Positions 50,173-62,541 of a stretch of 64,000 bases of DNA are shown piece after piece; the first letter of the stretch is position 1; each line of letters begins with the position of its first letter. The notes under the pieces are model-generated. The model was not told the origin of the DNA. It did no database searches and saw only the letters and a list, made by a program, of their open reading frames with translations. This stretch comes from Squalus acanthias (taxonomy: Eukaryota), in NCBI GenBank assembly GCA_030390025.1, contig CM059433.1:9426001-9490000 (forward strand), in the 5' to 3' direction. The position numbers and the translations under genes were made by a program.

Positions 50173-51469
50173 TTACATCTGTGTTTTCCGCGGTCTTTTA
50201 CGCTGGTTTAAGATTCAATTCACCCAGATTAGGCCCCGCCCACAAAACTGACCATGCCCCCCTCCCCCCGCCCCCGTCAAAATTGTGAGATTCCGCCAAT
50301 TGCGCTAGTTTGGGAAGGATCTTCGAATTGCGCTTATCTTCTTAGATGCACAGGCACCAGTTAGCATGTTTTAAAAGTTTCTCATATCAAAAAAAAAGAC
50401 TTCACTCAGAAACTAACGAGTGTACAGCCATGATACTATTAAATGATTGAGTATAGTTTTTAAAAAAAGTCATTTTCAGCGATTTTAAATCAGGTTACTC
50501 ACAGGTGGAGGACTGGACACTTATTAAAAATGCTTATTTTTGGTGATAAACTCATTTTCAGCTGTATTAATAAAACTTCAGCAGGTTACTACTCAAATAC
50601 ATAAAGGAACGATTACGTTCTATTACGCAGCTCGATTGCGCTGGTTCATTGAAGATTTTAGTTTGCGATTATGCAAGTGCATTTTATTGTAAACGTGGAA
50701 CTGTAAACTAACCAGCACACTTTTGTGCGCATTTTGGGCCCAATCCCAAATCCCTATCATGTTCAGCCTCGGGGCCACTGCAGCTATCTCCACGTTGTAA
50801 TCGCATAATGTTAATTCTCTCTCATCCCACAGTTGGGCTCAGTAATTCATCTGAATCAGTTCTTCTGATGAGATCAACAACAGTCACAATTAACACAGAA
50901 GCCCCACTGAAATAAACAAAAGACAAAAGGATATTAAAGCCAGACTTTTTTGCAAGGGGCATTGATTTAAAATGGATGCGATTGGCTTTCTGTTAGCTCC
51001 TTTGTATTATGCTGTGAAGTTGTGTGAAAATTACACTTTTCCGAAATGATGCTCTGCAAACATTAAAAAAAAAGCCTACTGGCAAATGCTAGAATGGCAA
51101 TAGGAGCAAAAGGGACTGAAACGTTCATATTTTACGGTAGCTCGAGAAACAAAGAACACTGCCATATTCTAACCGTAGATGGTGGTGGTGGGGGAAGGCG
51201 AAGAAAGGCACAGTACAGTTAGGAAGATTTGGCAGATTTTCCCAACACATGATACGTCTTAGAACTGGGAAAGATGGACAGTCAAGCTGGAAGGCTCATC
51301 CCAGCCAGCTCTTAAAGTGCAGTAAGAGTACTACTGTGACACAACAAGGGTTTGCTCTTGAATGTACTTTTCCAACAGTGAGAACCATAGATATCACTTA
51401 TCAGGCCTTTAACCGTTTCAGCACTTGCAGTTTTTATATTTTGGTGCTGATTTTTCAGTGCATTTTACT

Positions 51470-52990
51470 GTCCCCCTCTCGCTCAAATCTGCCATCATCA
51501 GCCCTCTCCTCAAAAAAAAACCCTTGACCCCTCAGTCTTTGCAAACTACCGCCCCATCTCCAACCTCCCTTTCCTCTCCAAAGTCCTTGAACGTGTTGTC
51601 GCCTCCCAAATCCGTGCCCATCTTTCCAGCAATTCCATGTTTGAATCCCTCCAATCAGGTTTCCGCCCTTGCCACAGTACTGAAACGGCTCTCATCAAAG
51701 TCACAAATGACATCCTTTGTGACTGTGACAAAGGTAAACTATCCCTCCTTGTCCTTCTCGACTTGTCTGCAGCCTTTGACACGGTTGACCACTACATCCT
51801 TCTCCAACGCCTCTCCACCGTCGTTCAGCTGGGTGGGACTGCACTCGCCTGGTTCCATTCTTATCTATCTAATCGTAGCCAGAGAATCACCTGCAGTGGC
51901 TTCTCTTCCCGCTCCCGCATCGTTACCTCTGGTGTCCCCCAAGGATCTATCCTTGGCCCCCCTCCTATTTCTCATCTGCATGTTGCCCCTTGGCAACATC
52001 ATCCGAAAACACAGCGTCAGTTTCCACATGTATGCTGACAACACCCAGCTCTACCTCACTACCTCTTCTCTCGACCCCTCCACGGTCTCTAAATTGTCAG
52101 ACTGCTTGTCCGACATACAGTTCTGGATGCGCAAAAATTTTCTCCAATTAAATATTGGGAAGACCGAAGCCATTGTTTTCGGTCCCCGCTACAAACTCCG
52201 ATCCCTAGCCACCGACTCCATCCCTCTCCCTAACATCTGTTGAGGCTGAACCACACTGTTCGCAACTTTGGTGTCATATTTGACCCTGAAATGAGCTTCT
52301 GACCACATATCCATGCCATAACTAAGACCGCCTAGTTCCACCTCCATAACATCGCCTGTCTCCGCCCTTGCCTCAGCTCATCTGCTGCTGAAACCCTCAT
52401 CCATGCCTTTGTTACCTCTAGACTTGACTATTCCAACGCACTCCTGGCTGGCCTCCCACATTCTACCCTACATAAACTTGAGGTCATCCAAAACTCGGCT
52501 GCCCATGTCCTAACTCGCACCAAGTCCCGTTCACCCATCACCCCTGTGCTCGCTGACCTACATTGGCTCCCGGTTATGCAGCGCACCGATTTCAAAATTC
52601 TCATCCTTGTTTTCAAATCCCTCCATGGCCTCGCCCCTCCCTATCTCTGTAATCGCCTTCAGCCCCACAACCCCCCCCCCCGAGATATCTGCGCTCCTCT
52701 AATTCTGCCCTCTTGAGCATCCCTGATTATAATCGCTCAACCATTGGTGGCCGTGCCTTCTGTTGCCTAGGCCCTAAGCTCTGGAATTCCCTCCCTAAAC
52801 CTCTCCGCCTCTCTACCTCTCTGTCCTCCTTTAAGACGCTCCTTAAAAGCTACCTCTTTGACCAAGCTTTTGGTCACCTGCCCTCATTTCTCCTTATGTG
52901 GCTCGGTGTCAATTTTTTTATCTTGTAATACTCCTAACGCCTTGGGACATTTTACTACGTTAAAGGCACGATATAAATACAAGTTGTTGT
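51470..52990 (+). mobile_element. L2 LINE, 5'-truncated
   Basis: RT motifs NYRPISNL, QSGFRPCHSTETALIKV, LLDLSAAFDTVDH, GVPQGSILGP, HMYAD. Tail tataaatacaagttgttgt. Confidence 0.93.
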
Positions 52991-54164
52991 ATCTGAAGTG
53001 TGAATGCTAAGATGCTGCGTATTAAAATCATCATCATAATTGTAATTCACAAATTTGAAAGAAGTTATCGCTGAGTGATACACTCTGTCCTAATAATAAT
53101 CCCATTAAGATAACTGCAGGCTGGATATCAATTCATTATCTTCCTTTGGTGGATGACACCATGCAACTCAAACAAATTTAGAAACCGCCGTCAGAATATT
53201 CTGTACACAATGACCTCACTGTCTGGAACTCAAACTATTTATAAAGGCTACACGTGCAGATTTTAAATAGCAACAAAGACCCTTCCCCCTTTCAGGCCTG
53301 GCTAAAAATATAGAATGCCCATGTCTCTTCCCACGCGAACAAAACCAATGTTTGCATCCCACACATTTAAGTATTCGTGTAACTCCCAGCAAGGCTCCTT
53401 TAAATCAATGGCTACGTAACTGAGCAAATCCTAAACTCCAACCTTTCAACAATCAAAGAAACACACCTGAAACACACGTGGACACTGCATCACTGTGGGC
53501 AAGGATCAAATCCATTGTGGTGTAGTGAATTTTGAACTGTTTGCAATACATTTGTGCTGGGCAGAGATCTTTGATGCACATGACATTGCGAATTTATCTT
53601 GGTGTATTCACGTAGTGCGTCTATGTAAAATCAGGAATTTTAGCATAGATTATAATTCTGTTGGCAAATTTTCTTTTTACGTTTTCAGATTTCTAACTCT
53701 GTAGTAGACCAAAGGACAATACTGAATACAGAAAGGCTGCTGCTCAAAGATAAAGAAGGTCCTATGGCTCAGCTAGCTCATTCTGCCATGTACACCTACA
53801 GTTCTCCCATCACAGCATCCAACAGACGTCTCTTGAATGATTCCAGAATGCTGTCCTTTTTGCCAATTGTCAAACAATTTGGTGACTATTGCTGGTACGC
53901 ACCTAGATTTCAGAGAGCAGATGCAGCTCTTACAACATACAAATGTCATAGGAGTTCCAATGACAGCTGCTATTTAAATAAAGGAAATCTGCGTGATGAG
54001 TTGAGACTAAAAGTTGGGCCGCCCCACACACTGCTAGCCAGCTCCGCGGCCATATTTGGTTTTACATTTTTTTTTAAAAAATGACATGGATACATCACAT
54101 ATGAATATGAACAAGAGGTTGCAAGTACAATTAATCATTTAGAATGTATTAAATACTCAGATTC

Positions 54165-54685
54165 AGACCTCACCGTCCTCGGCCTCTTACACTGTTCCAA
54201 TGAAGCTCAACGTAAGCTCGAGGAACAGCACCTCATCTTTCGATTAGGCACTTTACAGCCTTCTGGACTCATCATAGAGTTCAACAATTTCAGACCATAA
54301 CCTCTGCCCCTATCTTTTTTTCCCCTCTCTCACAGGGCAGCTGTCTTTCATTCTGCCAGTGCCATTTACACTTCATCGAGAGCCATCTTTTGTTTCTTAA
54401 CTTGTCCCATTACCATCTCCTTTTGCCTTGCACCATCTCTTAATCTCTCCTGCCTTCCATCCTATCACAGACCTTCCCTTTTGTTCTTTCCTCCCCTCCC
54501 CCTGCCCCTACACTTGCTTAAAACCTGCTCCATCGCCAGCTTTTTCCAGTTCTGACGAAGGGTCATCGACCTGAAAGGTTAACACTGTTACTCTCTCCAC
54601 AGATGCTGCCTGACCTGCTGAGTATTTCCAGCATTTTCTGTTTTTATTTCAGATTTCCAGCATCTGCAGTATTTTGCTTTTGTAT
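54165..54685 (+). mobile_element. Penelope-like 3' fragment
   Basis: GIY-YIG C-terminus followed by the terminal repeat, with a GAAAGGTT-variant hammerhead at about 54548-54584. Confidence 0.85.
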
Positions 54686-54996
54686 TCAGAATGTATTTAT
54701 TTGGGAACTATTTTTCCAGTGAATCATGGAAAGACGTAGCAACATCAGTATATAAAGACAATACAGGAAGTGTGACTTTGAGGGGACGATCCACATTTTC
54801 ATTGTGTGGGGAGCAGGAAAACATGGATCATGTGCCACCTGGCTGTCTGCACTGCTGCTTCTACATGTTTCTGAAACAGCACGAGGCCCACCTTTGATCT
54901 GGTTCTGACTTAGGCTGTTTTCAATTTTAAGTGCATAATTTGGAAAATTGACAGTGGCGAATGAAAAGAAGATGCATTTATAAAGTGCCTTATATG

Positions 54997-55737
54997 GGCC
55001 CAAAAATTAGTCCCGCGACGCGAGAGTACGCACTGTGTACTCTCGCGTATTCTGTCACCAATTGCCGGTTTTCTGCATGCACTGCGCATGCGCTGAAAAC
55101 CGGCACTTGGTTTTTGGAAAAGGGGGCGGTTCATCGGTGCACCGCGTGCGCGCTACAGGCTGCGCGCACGCTGTGCACTTAGTGCTTTGGACACGCAGGT
55201 AAGGACGGAAGATTTTAGAAATGAAAAAAGGAGTAAGACCCACTTTTAACAAGGTAAGTAGTGAATTAAGTATTATTTTGAATTTTTTTTAACAGGTATA
55301 TCTTTTTTAGAGACTTTAAAGACAGGTAAGTTTATTTTTATAACTTTTTAAAAGATTTTAAATTTTTTCAAAAATTTAATTTTTTATTTAAAATGGTTAA
55401 TTTATTTAACTATACTTATTTTATTAATGTGATGGTTTTTAAAAAAAATTTAATTGAGGTTTAGCTGTTATTTTGAGGGGGTGTAAGATTCATAGCTTTC
55501 ACAGCACTTATGTGAAACTTATGAATGGAAGATGGTGTGCTGCCATTGGCTCTAACTGAGTCACGTGATCCCACAGCTCGCACGAATTCACTACGCCGGT
55601 GGGATACGCAAGCACTGCCCAGCTGATGTCTAGAACATCAAGTTCGTGCGAGCTGGATCTGAAAAAGCCAACGCGGAGTGAGAGATCGCGGGGAAGCCTT
55701 ACCCCCGCGTCAACACTCAGTCTTTAATTTCTGGGCC
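54997..55737. mobile_element. MITE with 3-bp TSD (Harbinger-like), copy 2
   Basis: TIR GGCCCAAAAATTA / TAATTTCTGGGCC (12/13) with ATG on both flanks. Confidence 0.82.
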
Positions 55738-56195
55738 ATGATCTCAAAAGGTTTGATATCAGCCAGTTTTGACAAATCTAATTCTGCCATCACAAATAGG
55801 GCACAGCAGTCTGCTTTTTAACAATGGTAAGTTGTGTCGCCACAGTTATGATGTAACATGATCATAAATGTGCAGCCAGCCAGTCAATCAGCTCCAGTCT
55901 ACCAATGCTGCAATTGGCTCAAGCATCAAGCAATTCACCAGAGAATGAGCTAGGGCAAAGTTCTAAGCTTTACACAGCCTCACTGAGGGCGAAAGCATGA
56001 TTAGGAAGCAGAAATAAAAAAAAGTGAAAATGCTGGAAATATACAGTTAGAGAAAGGAGAAATTAACATTTTGGGTGCATCAGGAATGAAAAGTAAAAGA
56101 TAAGCATTTAAGTAAGGTTGGAAAATACGAGGAGGGGGTGAAGCAACAGATACTCACTCACCAGGAGGGAGTTAATGAGTTGAATTATCTGCAGA

Positions 56196-56406
56196 AGCAA
56201 AAGGTAAATACTGCAGATACTGGAAATCTGAAATAAACACAGAAAATGATGGAAATACTCAGCAAGTCAGACGGCATCTGTCGAGAGAGAAACTGAGTTA
56301 ACGTTTCAGGCCGATGACCAGTTCTGACGAAAGGTCATCGACCTGAAACGTTAACTCTATTCCTCTCTCCACGGATGCTGTCTGACCGGCTGAGTGTTTC
56401 CAGCAT
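56196..56406. mobile_element. Penelope-derived hairpin mini-element
   Basis: 11-bp TSD TTATCTGCAGA at 56185-56195 and 56407-56417. Inverted arms with a hammerhead core at the centre. Confidence 0.82.
56320..56356 (+). ncRNA. Minimal type I hammerhead ribozyme motif
   Basis: AGUU-CUGACGA-A-AGGUC(AUC)GACCU-GAAAC-GUU-AACU. Confidence 0.72.
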
Positions 56407-56917
56407 TTATCTGCAGACTGTCTAATGGAAAATTGTTAACTGATAGAAAAGATCATCTCAGTGAGGTGATGGAATAACATTTAAAAGAACAAGAGAAAGT
56501 GTAAATAGAAAAGAACGGCCCACACAAATAAAAACAGTGAGAAAGTGAAAGAGAAAAAGAAACTATGAATGTAGGAGACATTAAAACAGAAAATTCTGGC
56601 AAAGCACAATGCCAAAAAGAGCCAAGAAAAAAACACAACAGGCCAACATCACAGCAACAGGCTAACATCAGAGTTACAGACCCCCAGCCAGCATTTAACT
56701 TATGAATGGGAAATTCATGGGTTTGAACCTACATCCTACCAAGCTGTAGCCCAGTGTAATCAGAGTGCGATGGGTCAACTTTAAAACTGAATTCAGAGCA
56801 TATCAGTAAAATGAGTAATCTGAATTCACACTACAGTCAGTGTTTAGACTGTACATTATTACATTGCTCACATTAGCTGAATACGCAATATAAATACGGA
56901 CATCATGACTGATGTGA

Positions 56918-57447
56918 CAGGAGTGTGATGGAATACTCTCCACTTGCCTGGATGAGTGCAGCTCCAACAACACTCAAGAAGCTCGACACCATCCAAGACA
57001 AAGCAGCCCGCTTTATTGACACCCCACCCACCACCTTAAACATTCACTCCCTCCACCACCGGCACACCATGGCTGCAGTGTGTACCATCTACAAGATGCA
57101 CTGCAGCAACTCGCCAAGGCTTCTTCGGCAGCACCTCCCAAACCCGCGACCTCTTCCACCCACGAAGGACAAGGGCAGCGGGCGCATGGGAACACCACCA
57201 CCTCCAAGTCCCCCTCCAAGTCACACATCATCCTGACTTGGAAATATATCGCCGATCCTTCATCGTCGCTGGGTCAAAATCCTGGAATTCCCTCCCTAAC
57301 AGCACATTGGGAGTACCTTCACCGCACGAACTGCAGCGGTTCAAGACGGCGGCTCACCACCAGCTTCTCAAGGGCAATTAGGGATGGGCAATAAATGCTG
57401 GCTTTGCCAGCGACGCCCACATCCCATGAACGAATATAAAAAAAAAA
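56918..57447 (+). mobile_element. LINE 3' fragment (same family as 15988-16478)
   Basis: MEYSPLAWMSAAPTTLKKLDTIQ; poly-A end. Confidence 0.85.
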
Positions 57448-58732
57448 CAGGCCCATGCTGGAAATACAAGCATTTCAGCCGATCTCAATTCTCTCCACTT
57501 CTGCCATTTGATGGTGGCACAGTTAGCTGTCTATACCAGGAAACTACAGCACAGGAAGACTTGAGTTTATGTCTCAGCCTCATTAACAAATCACAACAAG
57601 AATCGTTCCAGTTACTGAAGCCAGCATTGGTCACCTTGTCAGGCATCATACGTGCAGGTGATGTGGACGGATAAGAAAAAAATCAGGAAGATTTTTTGTT
57701 GTCACATCTCCCCTGGCAGGTCATATTGGCCTGCTGGCTACACTGTTAAGAAGTTTACTCAATCTCTTCTCATACGACAGTCCTGCCATCTCGGGAATCA
57801 ATCTCGTGAACCTTCGTTGCACTCCCTCTATGGCAAGTATATCCTTCCTTAGGTAAGGAGACCAAAATTGTACACAGTACTCCAGGTGTGGTCTCACCAA
57901 GGCCCTATATAATTGGAGTAAGACTTCTTTACTCCTGTACTCAAATCCTCTTGTAATGAAGGCCAGCATACCATTTGCCTTCCTAATGGCTTGCTGCACC
58001 TGCACATTCACTTTCAGTGACTCATGTACAAGGACACCCAGGTCCCTTTGAGCATCTGCATTCCCCAATCTTTCACCATTTAGGAAATACTCTGCCTTTC
58101 TGTTTTTTCTACCAAAGTGGATAACTTCACATTTATCCACATTATATTCTATCTGCCATGTTCTCGCCCACTCACTGAGCCTGTCGAGATCCCCTTGAAG
58201 CCTCTTCACATCCTCTTCACAACTGACACTGCCACCAAGCTTTGTATCATCAGCAAATTTGGAAATGTTACATTTAGTCCCCTCATCCAAATCATTGATA
58301 TAGATTGTGAATAGCTGGGGTCCAAGCACCGATCCTTGGGGTTCCCCACTAGTCACAGCCTGCCATCCTGAAAAAGACCCGTTTATCCCTACTCTTTGTT
58401 TTCTGTCTGTTAACCAATTCTCAATCCATGCTAGTATATTACCTCCCAATTCCATGTGCCCTAATTTTGTTCGCCAACCTCTTGTGTGGGACCTTATCGA
58501 AGGCCTTCTGAAAATCCAAATCCACCACATCTACCGGTTCCCCTTTGTCTACTCCACTAGTTACATCCTCAAAGAACTCCAATAGGTTTGTTAAACAGGA
58601 TTTCCCTTTCATAAATCCATGTTGACTCTGCCCAATCTTACTATTAGTTTCTAAGTGCCCAGTTATTGCATCCTTTATAATAGATTCCAGCATTTTCCCA
58701 ACTACTGATGTGAGGCCAACAGGTCTGTAGTT

Positions 58733-59785
58733 CAATAGCAAAATACTGCGGATGCTGGAAATCCGAAATAACAACAGAAAACGCTGGAAAAACTCAGCAG
58801 GGAGGCAGTATCCGTGGAGAGAGAAACAGAGTTAACGTTTCAGGGCGAAGACCTTTCGTCAGAACTGGAAAAAAGCAGGAAATGGAACAGATTTTAAAGC
58901 AAGATTAGGGGCTGGGAAATGGGGGAGGGGATAAAGAACAAAAGGGAAGGTCAGTGATAGGATGGAAGGCAGCAGAAGTAGAGAGGCATTAAGAGATATT
59001 CAAGGCAAGAGGAGATGGTAATGGGACAGGTTAAGGAACAAAGGATGGCTCTAGATGAAGTGTGAATTGCGCTGGCAGAATGAAGGACAGCTGCCATGTC
59101 GGAGGGAAGAAAAAAAGGCACAAACAAAAAGTGTGGATAAAAAATATATATATGTGATAGGGGCCGAGGTTATGATCTGAAATTGTTGAACTCTATGTTG
59201 AGTCCAGAGGGCTGTAGAGTGCCTAATCGAAAGATGAGGTGCTGTTCCTCGAGCTTACACTGAGCTTCCGTGGAACAATGCAAGAGGCCGAGGACGGTGA
59301 GGTCCGAGTGGGAATGGAGCAGTGAATTAAAGTGACAGGCAACCGGAAGCTCGGGGTCCCCCTTACGGACTGAACGGAGGTGTTCCGCAAAGCGGTCACC
59401 CAATCTGCGTTTGGTCTCCCCAATGTAGAGGAGACTACATCGTGAGCAGCGAATACAGTATACTAAATTGCAAGAAGTACAAGTAAATCGCTGTTTCACC
59501 TGGAAGGGGTGTTTGGGGCCCTGGACAGTGGGAAGCGGGGAGGTATAAGGGCATATGTTGCATCTCCTGCGCTTGCACGGGAAGGTGCCGGGCGAAGGGG
59601 AAGGGGTGCTGGGGGTGGTAGAGGAGTGGACTAGGGTGTCGCGGAGGGAGCGGTCCCTACGGAATGTTGAAAGGGGAGGTGAGGGGAAGATGCGTTTGGT
59701 GGTGGGATCACGCTGGAGGTGGCAGAAATGGTGGAGGATGATCCATTGAATGTGGAGGCTGGTGGGGTGAAAGGTGAGGACAAGG
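58733..59785 (-). mobile_element. Penelope-like element with GIY-YIG endonuclease domain, nested in CR1
   Basis: ORF 59170..59499: FTCTSCNLVYCIRCSRCSLLYIGETKRRLGDRFAEH...GLN. Terminal repeat with a hammerhead motif at 58830-58866. Confidence 0.92.
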
Positions 59786-60486
59786 CATTTTCTCTCTCCC
59801 CCCTTTCTTAAATAGCAGGGTTACATTTGCTATCCTGCAATCTGCAGGAACCGTTCCAGAATCTCTCAAATTTTGGAAGATGACAACCAATGCGTCCACT
59901 ATCCTAATGTAACCCTATCTTAATCTGTCAAAACCCTAGGATGTAGGTCATCCGGTCCTTGCGATTTATCAACTTTTAGTCCCATTAATTTTGCTAGTAC
60001 TGTTTTTTTTACTAATAATAATTTCTTTAAGTTCCTCATTCTCGCCACACCCTTGGTTTTCTTGTATTTCTGGGAGGTTTTTTGTGTCTTCCTCCGTGAA
60101 GACAGAAACAAAGTATTTATTTAATTTCTCTGTCATTTCCTCATTCCCCATTATAAATTCTCCCATCTCTGACTGTAAAGGACCTACATTTACCTTCGTC
60201 AGTCTTTTCCTTTTCAAATACCTATAGAAGCTTTTACAATCCGTTTTTATATTTTTCGCTAGTTTGTGCTCATATTCCATTTTACCTTTCTTTATCAATT
60301 TCTTGGTTCCCCCTTTGCTGATTTTTAAAAAGATCCCAATCCTCAGGCTGACCGCTTTTTCTGGCAACTTTATAAGCTTTCTCCTTTGACTTAATACTAG
60401 CTTTAATTTCTTTTGTTAGCCATAGTTGGATCACTTTTCTCTTTGGGTTTTTATGCCCTAGAGGAATATATGTTTGTTGCAAATTA

Positions 60487-60842
60487 CAGGAAACTCTCGT
60501 TTAAACGGCACCTAAATATCCGGAATTCTCTAATAACCGGCAGAATTCATACTCCGAAAACTACAGTATACAGTCGTTTATAAGTTTTGTTTTACTGTTA
60601 AGTAATTAAAGAGTTATGGATTACCCTCAACTGCCATTACTGTACTTAATCAAGCATCTTCCACCATCCATTTAACACAACATTCTGTAGGGGAGTACCC
60701 AATTATACTGCACATTTCTTGATTTTTTAAATTTTTGTTTGTTAAAAATAGCCTCGGTAGATATACCTCTCCGTTATCCGGAATTTTTACTCAACCGGCA
60801 CCATCCCGGTCCCGTCGGTGCCGGATACGAAAGAGTTTCCTG
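60487..60842. mobile_element. Tc1/mariner-type (pogo/Tigger-like) MITE nested in CR1
   Basis: TIR CAGGAAACTCT...CGGCACC at both ends. TA duplication at 60485-60486 and 60843-60844. CR1 sequence resumes on each side. Confidence 0.85.
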
Positions 60843-61569
60843 TATGCATTATTTCCTTGAATGTTAGCCATTGTATGTCCATTGTACACTAGCAAGGAAA
60901 TTAAGTAACAGACATTTGGCAGGAGGGGGGGGGGGGGGGGAAGGTAATTTTGACCTTGGGCAATATCGGATCAGCCGCTCTCCTGATTTTCATTTCCACT
61001 GAAGTATCGGGAGAGATGTATAACGGGCGGTTGTTTTACACTAATCGCCCAAAGTCCAAATTATCCCACGCTCTTTGCAAGTTCTGCTAACATAGTTAGA
61101 AAGCAAAAATGTGTGCAGCAGTCTTAATTACCCCAAGTGATGTACTTTGGGACTGGCATGCTGGAAATCTCAGTGCGTCAAAGATAGCATTGATGCACAA
61201 TTACTTTTACTAAGTTGCCTAGGAGTTCGACCAATTAAAAAACAAACTATTCTCTTGAATATAAGTATTTTATTTTATAGACTTGAGACAGAATTGCATG
61301 CACCTTATGGAGGAGGGGGGAAGGAAGATTTTATGGAAGTTATCTCCCATCCCATTCATAAAATGACAATTCATACAAACTACTTCTCCATCCCCACCCC
61401 CAACAAAAAGTGGCGCTGTCCTCCAATAAGATGCGCAATTGCTGTTCTTTCTGTCCACAGGATGTTGACAGAGCCGGTTTCAAAAGACAGTAAAAGAGAA
61501 TCATGAACTTTATGCTATTAGCTCATTGAAAAGCTATTTTAAAATGATCTCATGTTTATACAGTGTGTT

Positions 61570-62155
61570 AAACTTCCATCGCTGTAACATCTCCCATCTC
61601 CACGTCTGTCTCAGCCTATCTGCTGCAGAAATCCTCAACCATGCATTAATCATCTGCAGACTCAACTATTCCAATGCTCTCCCACGCTCCACGAACTTCA
61701 GCTCATCCAAACTCTGCTGCCCCTATTCTAACCTGTACCAAGTTCCACTCACCTATCACCCCTGTTCTCGCTGACCTACATTGGCTCCTAATCCCCAAAC
61801 ACCTCAAATTTAACCAGCCTCGTGTTTAAATCCCTTCATCACTCCTCCTCATCTCTAACCTCCTCCGGCGCAACAACACCCCATCCAAAATCTCCGTTCC
61901 TCTCACTCTCGTCTGTTGTGCAGTCGCCCAACCTTTGCCCCAGCATTGGCGGCCATGCTTTCAGCCACGTAGGCCCCCCATGCTCTGGAATTCCCTCCCT
62001 AAAACCCTCAGCCTCTCCATCTCCCTCTCCTCCTTAAAGCCAACCTCTTTGACCAAGCTTATGGTCACTCCATTTTTTTTTTTTGATTAGGCTTCTGTGA
62101 AACACCTTGGGATGTTTTCCTAGGTGAAGGCGCGATATAAATGCCTATTATTGTT
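61570..62155 (+). mobile_element. Old L2 3' fragment
   Basis: Collinear with about 52335-52990. Confidence 0.8.
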
Positions 62156-62390
62156 TGTTGGTTCGTTGGGTTGTTGTTGTAGTGAGACTCCTTTACTAAT
62201 TACAACCATTTACCCCATTATTGCTGCATTTTAAACTTACTGCAGGTCAAGTACATGAAATGCATATTACATTGTTTCCTAAATGAGATGCTCACAATGT
62301 GATATGTATAAATATGACATGGTAAGGCTCAATGTGCATACTCATGTACTTCCTTTCTTTTTTTATATAAACAAATGCTCATTCACTTAC

Positions 62391-62541
62391 ATCAAGTGAT
62401 TCTAGGCAGTACCAGCAAAAGGCATGCTTGCAGTTTTTACACATCATTTGTGCACATCCTTCATCTCTTTCGATATAGACTTTGCATTTTGGGCAACGTT
62501 TGATTGGAACATCATCCTCCTCATCATTTTCAAAGAATGAA
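62391..62541 (-). CDS. RNF144A: RNF144A exon encoding RING2 (Rcat)
   Basis: ctag| acceptor, gat|gtaagt donor, 151 bp. [39 protein letters not shown] matches RNF144A and differs from RNF144B (KQCPVC, ERNEG, CLQNL). Earlier exons lie right of the window. Confidence 0.96.

Larger units (their letters stand above)
57755..60885 (-). mobile_element. Long CR1 LINE with two nested insertions
   Basis: ORFs 60282..60482, 59969..60367, 58439..58774 and 57721..58530 are consecutive CR1 ORF2 segments (NYRPVGLTS, QHGF, DFQKAFD, PQGSVLGP, FADDTKL). Confidence 0.93.

Noticed and set aside
53467..53620. Exon-like segment on minus within an RNF144A intron
   Set aside because: Stop codons in all three frames from the acceptor, weak donor, and not needed for the RNF144A protein.
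44306..62541. Calling the RBR ligase RNF144B because a NUP153-like gene is nearby
   Set aside because: Diagnostic residues ([33 protein letters not shown] end) match RNF144A.
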